From: an uncultured Verrucomicrobiae bacterium
GTDB taxonomy: Bacteria; Verrucomicrobiota; Verrucomicrobiia; Palsa-1439
NCBI GenBank assembly: GCA_963812605.1
Contig: CAWEWF010000014.1
Span: forward strand, 704,001-768,000
Direction of reading: 5' to 3'
DNA: 64,000 nt
Made by a program: the position numbers and the translations under genes. The notes beneath the pieces were generated by a model, which had not been told where the DNA came from, ran no database searches, and worked only from the letters and a program-made list of their open reading frames with translations. This document shows positions 61,671-64,000 of this stretch, in pieces (positions within the stretch are counted from its first letter, which is position 1; every line of letters starts with the position of its first letter).

Positions 61671-62072
61671 TTAACCCCGGTAGCTCGCGGAGGAAGTGGG
61701 CGTCTCCCACAGTTGCACTTCGACAACCGGCAGCCCCTCCGCACGGGCGTGATTGAAAATGAGCTTCGCGATATTCTCGGCGGTGGGATTCTCGTCCATC
61801 ACAAAAAACAACTCGCCACGCTGTTTCAGCAGCGGTAGGAGTGGATCATCCTTGTGCAGCAACATCCGATGGTCCAGCGTCTCATCGACCCAATTCTTGA
61901 CGGCTTCCTTGATATCGGAAAAATCCTGCACCATCCCCCGCGCATCCAGCTTGTCCGCCTCGATGTGCACTTCCACCCGTCCGTTATGCCCATGCAAATG
62001 CCGACACTTCCCCGCGTAATTGAGCAGCCGATGCCCATAACAAAAATCAATATGCTTCGTCACCCGGAACAT
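61671..62072 (-). CDS. queD: 6-carboxytetrahydropterin synthase
   Basis: FCYGHRL...KCRHLHGHN, LDH, NPTAENIA, WETPTS. Confidence 0.92.
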   Translation of the reverse strand: MFRVTKHIDFCYGHRLLNYAGKCRHLHGHNGRVEVHIEADKLDARGMVQDFSDIKEAVKNWVDETLDHRMLLHKDDPLLPLLKQRGELFFVMDENPTAENIAKLIFNHARAEGLPVVEVQLWETPTSSASYRG

Positions 62073-62799
62073 GCCCGCAATGATGCCGCACTTCACTTCG
62101 GAAGGCAATCCTGGAGGGCTGCGTTCCCCGGCGCGTCATTCCGAGCTTGTCGAGGAATCTCTTGCCGTCCCCAATGCAAGGCAGGATCACAGTCTTCTCG
62201 AATTGAACGTCTTGAGCGGCATCGTTAATAATCCCGTTGATCCGATTGTTGCTATCGAAGAACCTTACCCATACCTTCGTGCCCGGAGGGATCTCCGGTA
62301 ACGTGAACGACACGTTGGTTTTGATCGGTTCGTATTCCTTAAAGACTTTCGGCACTAAGTATTCGTCCCTGCCTTCCACTTGTATGACGCAATAGAGGTT
62401 CGGATCGGACCACCAAGCAGAAGCATGACAATCAAATTCGATCGAATAAACCGCGTCGCCAGGGTCACCATATTTCTGTCCTTGAGCTAGAAATAACTCG
62501 AATGCATCTGCCTTCTCAACAGGGCCTGGGGTATCCGCGGCCGTTGGCCAGTAAATGCCATACGTGTAGATCCGGACAACTTTCTGCGCAATGTTCACAG
62601 AAGGCCGTGGATCGTCAGCGCGGATTTGATCTCCGTCGCACCACAATCGAGGTCCAAGCGTGTAGCTCTCCTGCGTGGGCCAGTCTCCAGCCGTTGCGGT
62701 GAACAACCACATACTCCAAAACAAACTGGCACAGACCCAGCCGCGGCGGTTGGGAACAAGCGCTGTTCGCCGGGAGAAACTTGGCGCAGATCTTGTCAT
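62047..62799 (-). CDS. Hypothetical protein
   Basis: ~250-aa ORF; its C-terminus reads through a REP-like element. Confidence 0.5.
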   Translation of the reverse strand: MTRSAPSFSRRTALVPNRRGWVCASLFWSMWLFTATAGDWPTQESYTLGPRLWCDGDQIRADDPRPSVNIAQKVVRIYTYGIYWPTAADTPGPVEKADAFELFLAQGQKYGDPGDAVYSIEFDCHASAWWSDPNLYCVIQVEGRDEYLVPKVFKEYEPIKTNVSFTLPEIPPGTKVWVRFFDSNNRINGIINDAAQDVQFEKTVILPCIGDGKRFLDKLGMTRRGTQPSRIAFRSEVRHHCGHVPGDEAY

Positions 62800-62859
62800 A
62801 AATGCGATTACGCCCCAATAGACCGTACACGTCAAACTAATCCCGCGCCCTAATGGGGC

Positions 62860-63090
62860 GTGCCATTAACGAAACAAGCAGCGGCAGAGTTGAGCCAATT
62901 TGGAGCGAATGTTCGCCGCGAACGAGTGCTTCGCGGTGTAACACAAGAGCGCCTTGCAGAACTCGCTGACTTGAATCTTCGGACCATACAGAAGATTGAG
63001 GCAGGAAAGATCAACATTCTCGTTACAACCGTAATCAGAATTCAACGGGCTTTGACTTGTTCCTGGACTAAGCTGTTGAAAGAGAAGTAG
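62860..63090 (+). CDS. XRE/Cro-C1 HTH protein
   Basis: FGANVRRER...TQERLAELADL..RTIQKIEAG. Confidence 0.87.
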   Translation: MPLTKQAAAELSQFGANVRRERVLRGVTQERLAELADLNLRTIQKIEAGKINILVTTVIRIQRALTCSWTKLLKEK

Positions 63091-63194
63091 TCCCCGCTGT
63101 TGTTGGTCTCGGGTGAAATTGCCTCAAGATTTCCGTGTCTTAGAGCTCGAACATGAGTTGATTTCACGTTCAAAAACTGGCATCTTGCCAGTGC

Positions 63195-63476
63195 ATGAAA
63201 GTCGCCACTCTCAAGGAAGCCAAATCACGTTTGGATGAGCTCGTCGTTCGCGCCGAGCAGGGCGAGACTATCATCATCAAGCGTAACGGCAAAGCTGCCG
63301 TGCGCCTGACGATCCTGGTAGAACCGGAGTTGGAACTCAGTCCTGAGGAAGCGCGGAAGCTCAATGCTTGGGCTAATGGAGAGCGCGCCGCCGGTCGCAC
63401 GCGTGTTTCGGAATCACCGACGGCGTACACCGCCCGTGTTCGCGCGAAGAGCGTACGCAAGGGCAAGTCTCGGTGA
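63195..63476 (+). CDS. Phd/YefM-family antitoxin
   Basis: EAKSRLDELVVRAEQGETIIIKRNGKAAVRL. Confidence 0.85.
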   Translation: MKVATLKEAKSRLDELVVRAEQGETIIIKRNGKAAVRLTILVEPELELSPEEARKLNAWANGERAAGRTRVSESPTAYTARVRAKSVRKGKSR

Positions 63477-63742
63477 GAATCGAGACCACGCGGCACTACG
63501 ACCGGAAATTCGAATCATTCCCGCAGTCAGTTCAAGACCAGGTTCTCAAGGCCATCCCGTCTTTGGTTGAATCGTTTGGAAAGCCCCACGCACATTTGGG
63601 ATTGCGAAAGCTGGCTGGCCGACTGTACGAGTTCCGTGTCGGACTTCACCTGCGGATCGTCTTCCGCCATGACCGCGACACGCTCTATCTCTTGCTCATT
63701 GGCACACACGATGAAGTGAAACGCTTCATCCGGTCGCTATAG
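63473..63742 (+). CDS. RelE/ParE-like toxin
   Basis: GLRKLAGRLYEFRVG..LRIVF..IGTHDEV; overlaps the antitoxin stop. Confidence 0.78.
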   Translation: MRIETTRHYDRKFESFPQSVQDQVLKAIPSLVESFGKPHAHLGLRKLAGRLYEFRVGLHLRIVFRHDRDTLYLLLIGTHDEVKRFIRSL

Positions 63743-63758
63743 CAAACGGTTAATCACT

Positions 63759-64000
63759 TCACGCTCCCGCAATCAAGCGGCCACCGTCGACAACCAGCGT
63801 GTGGCCGGTGATGAAGTCGCTGCCTTCGATCAGGAACAGCACGGAGTTCACAATATCTTTCGGCGACCCGAGCCGCTTGACCACCGTCGCGTCGATGACC
63901 GCCTGCGTCTCCTCTTCCGTGAAATCCGGCGGCAGCAAGATGGGTCCCGGCGCGATGGCGTTGACCTGGACCCGGGGGCCGAGCGCTTTCGCCAGCGATT
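63759..64000 (-). CDS. SDR oxidoreductase (pteridine-reductase-like), C-terminal part
   Basis: LAKALGPRVQVNAIAPGPIL...FITGHTLVVDGGRL. Confidence 0.85.
   Translation of the reverse strand, partial: SLAKALGPRVQVNAIAPGPILLPPDFTEEETQAVIDATVVKRLGSPKDIVNSVLFLIEGSDFITGHTLVVDGGRLIAGA

Overview
A 64-kb bacterial chromosomal window, probably Verrucomicrobiota (inferred from many PEP-CTERM genes and proteins ending in FYRV/FYKV). Housekeeping content: thrS (partial), acnA, sufCBDSU, mutM, queD, two two-component systems, tRNA-Val(GAC) and tRNA-Leu(TAA). Several long genes carry frameshifts that look like sequencing indels. The main feature is a co-oriented + strand block at 34.7-53.3 kb. A yeh-like operon (DUF4132, MoxR AAA, DUF5682, vWA, SWIM) comes first. 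It is followed by a sigma70-like promoter, a 47-codon leader ORF using 38 different codons that overlaps an antiterminator/terminator pair, and a ~360-nt structured RNA. Next are 32 tandem tRNA genes covering all 20 amino acids, four tandem Y-RNA-like genes, Ro60/TROVE, RtcB, a 33rd tRNA and an HNH nuclease. Of these 33 tRNAs, 32 have G instead of U at position 55. The set includes Arg(GCG), Arg(TCG) and Ile(TAT) anticodons and short-armed Leu tRNAs. My reading is an attenuation-controlled backup tRNA set plus RNA repair module. Other signals: a CsrB/RsmZ-like hairpin array, a tandem 161-bp rod-shaped RNA, REP-like palindromes inserted in frame in three genes, and a probable MbnP-MbnH fusion. 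All calls were made by eye; no searches were run.
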